Shown: positions 63,149 through 64,000 of the stretch, one piece after another
Numbering within the stretch: the first letter of the stretch is position 1
Layout: the number at the start of each line of letters is the position of its first letter
Assembly: GCA_964106915.2 (NCBI GenBank)
Contig: OZ066920.1
Direction: 5' to 3' (one strand)
DNA: 64,000 bases
Origin: Podarcis gaigeae
Lineage: Eukaryota
The notes under the pieces: model-generated
Databases searched by the model: none
What the model was told of the DNA's origin: nothing
The model's input: only the letters and a program-made list of their open reading frames with translations
Made by a program: the position numbers and the translations under genes

Positions 63149-64000
63149 TGCATATACTGTAAACCACCTTATAAATTTATTTAATCAATAATAATAATAA
63201 TAATAATAATAAGGCAGCAGGGATGTCAGTCCAGTTTCATATTTACTGGGCCATATTGGCTCTTCCATGCTGCAACGATGGATATAAATACATATGTAAT
63301 CACCACATATAGAAAAAAAAGCAAATGTGATTCTTCTCCTTTATGTGGAAAGTTTTGTTCATCTGCCTGATGCTCTTAGAACACACTTTTTCCACCATGG
63401 GAATAAGTGGCAGAAAAGTTGCAGCTATTCCTACCTCCCTGACACATGCACCAGTGTGGGTTTGCCATGTTCAGGGATATCTGCTGGTTACCCAGCAGAA
63501 GCAGGTGGATCTGGGCAGGGCTGGGTGAAGGGACATCTCCTCCTCATCCAAACTGCTTCCATCACGGCAGATCAGGGCTTTTGGTTGCTCTATTAGCCAC
63601 CATCTTTAAGAATGGTTTTGCAACTGAGGCAGAGGTTTGCATTCATCTGGGCGTTTGAGCAACTGTCAAATGCAACTGAACTATGGGAAATATTTAACAA
63701 TGTAATGTCTGATGATTCCCCCTCCCCCCCCCCACATTAATGTCTCAGCAGGGCAGTTATAAGAATGAACTTAAATAAATAAGTGATTATATTGGAAAAA
63801 AATTTTACAAATGAGTCTGAGAGTTACCAAGACCACAAAATTTGATTCAACTATCAGAAGAGGAAATGGCATAGGACTATATTACATTAGATTGTCTACA
63901 AACACATAGGCAAATCCAGAGCAATTAGAAATAATTGAGGAAATCCTTTATGCAGTTGATTGCAATTATAGCTAAGGCATATTATAGCTAAGGCATATTT

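Noticed and set aside
1-64000. TRPA1 or EYA1 exons expected from mammalian synteny
   Set aside because: No ankyrin/TRP or EYA-domain peptides recognised; very short exons could be missed without alignment.

Overview
Vertebrate genomic DNA, most likely from a lacertid lizard, judged from the Sauria/Squam1 and Squam3 SINEs plus BovB, CR1, L2, L1, Rex1 and Penelope fragments. I can support one protein-coding gene: the two-exon bHLH factor musculin (MSC/MyoR/ABF-1) on the + strand, CDS join(26250..26783,29934..30020), 206 aa. It sits in a CpG island at the end of a ~10 kb CpG-retaining domain. The rest is non-coding: ten Sauria SINE copies from three subfamilies (several with visible TSDs), two solo LTRs, hAT, Tigger-like and Harbinger-like MITEs, LINE fragments, microsatellites and several repeat-poor blocks that look regulatory. 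The most notable observations are: (1) a three-level nested retro-insertion at 37.5-38.5 kb whose youngest SINE carries a ~100 bp inverted copy of local DNA from 2.8 kb away; (2) Penelope-type hammerhead ribozyme relics; (3) a divergently oriented CTCF-motif cluster 3' of MSC; (4) a BovB insertion ~43 nt from the MSC splice donor; (5) a SINE probably inside the MSC 3' UTR. I found no convincing evidence of a new multi-gene system. Repeat family names come from recalled consensus features, not database searches, and boundaries of degenerate repeats are approximate.
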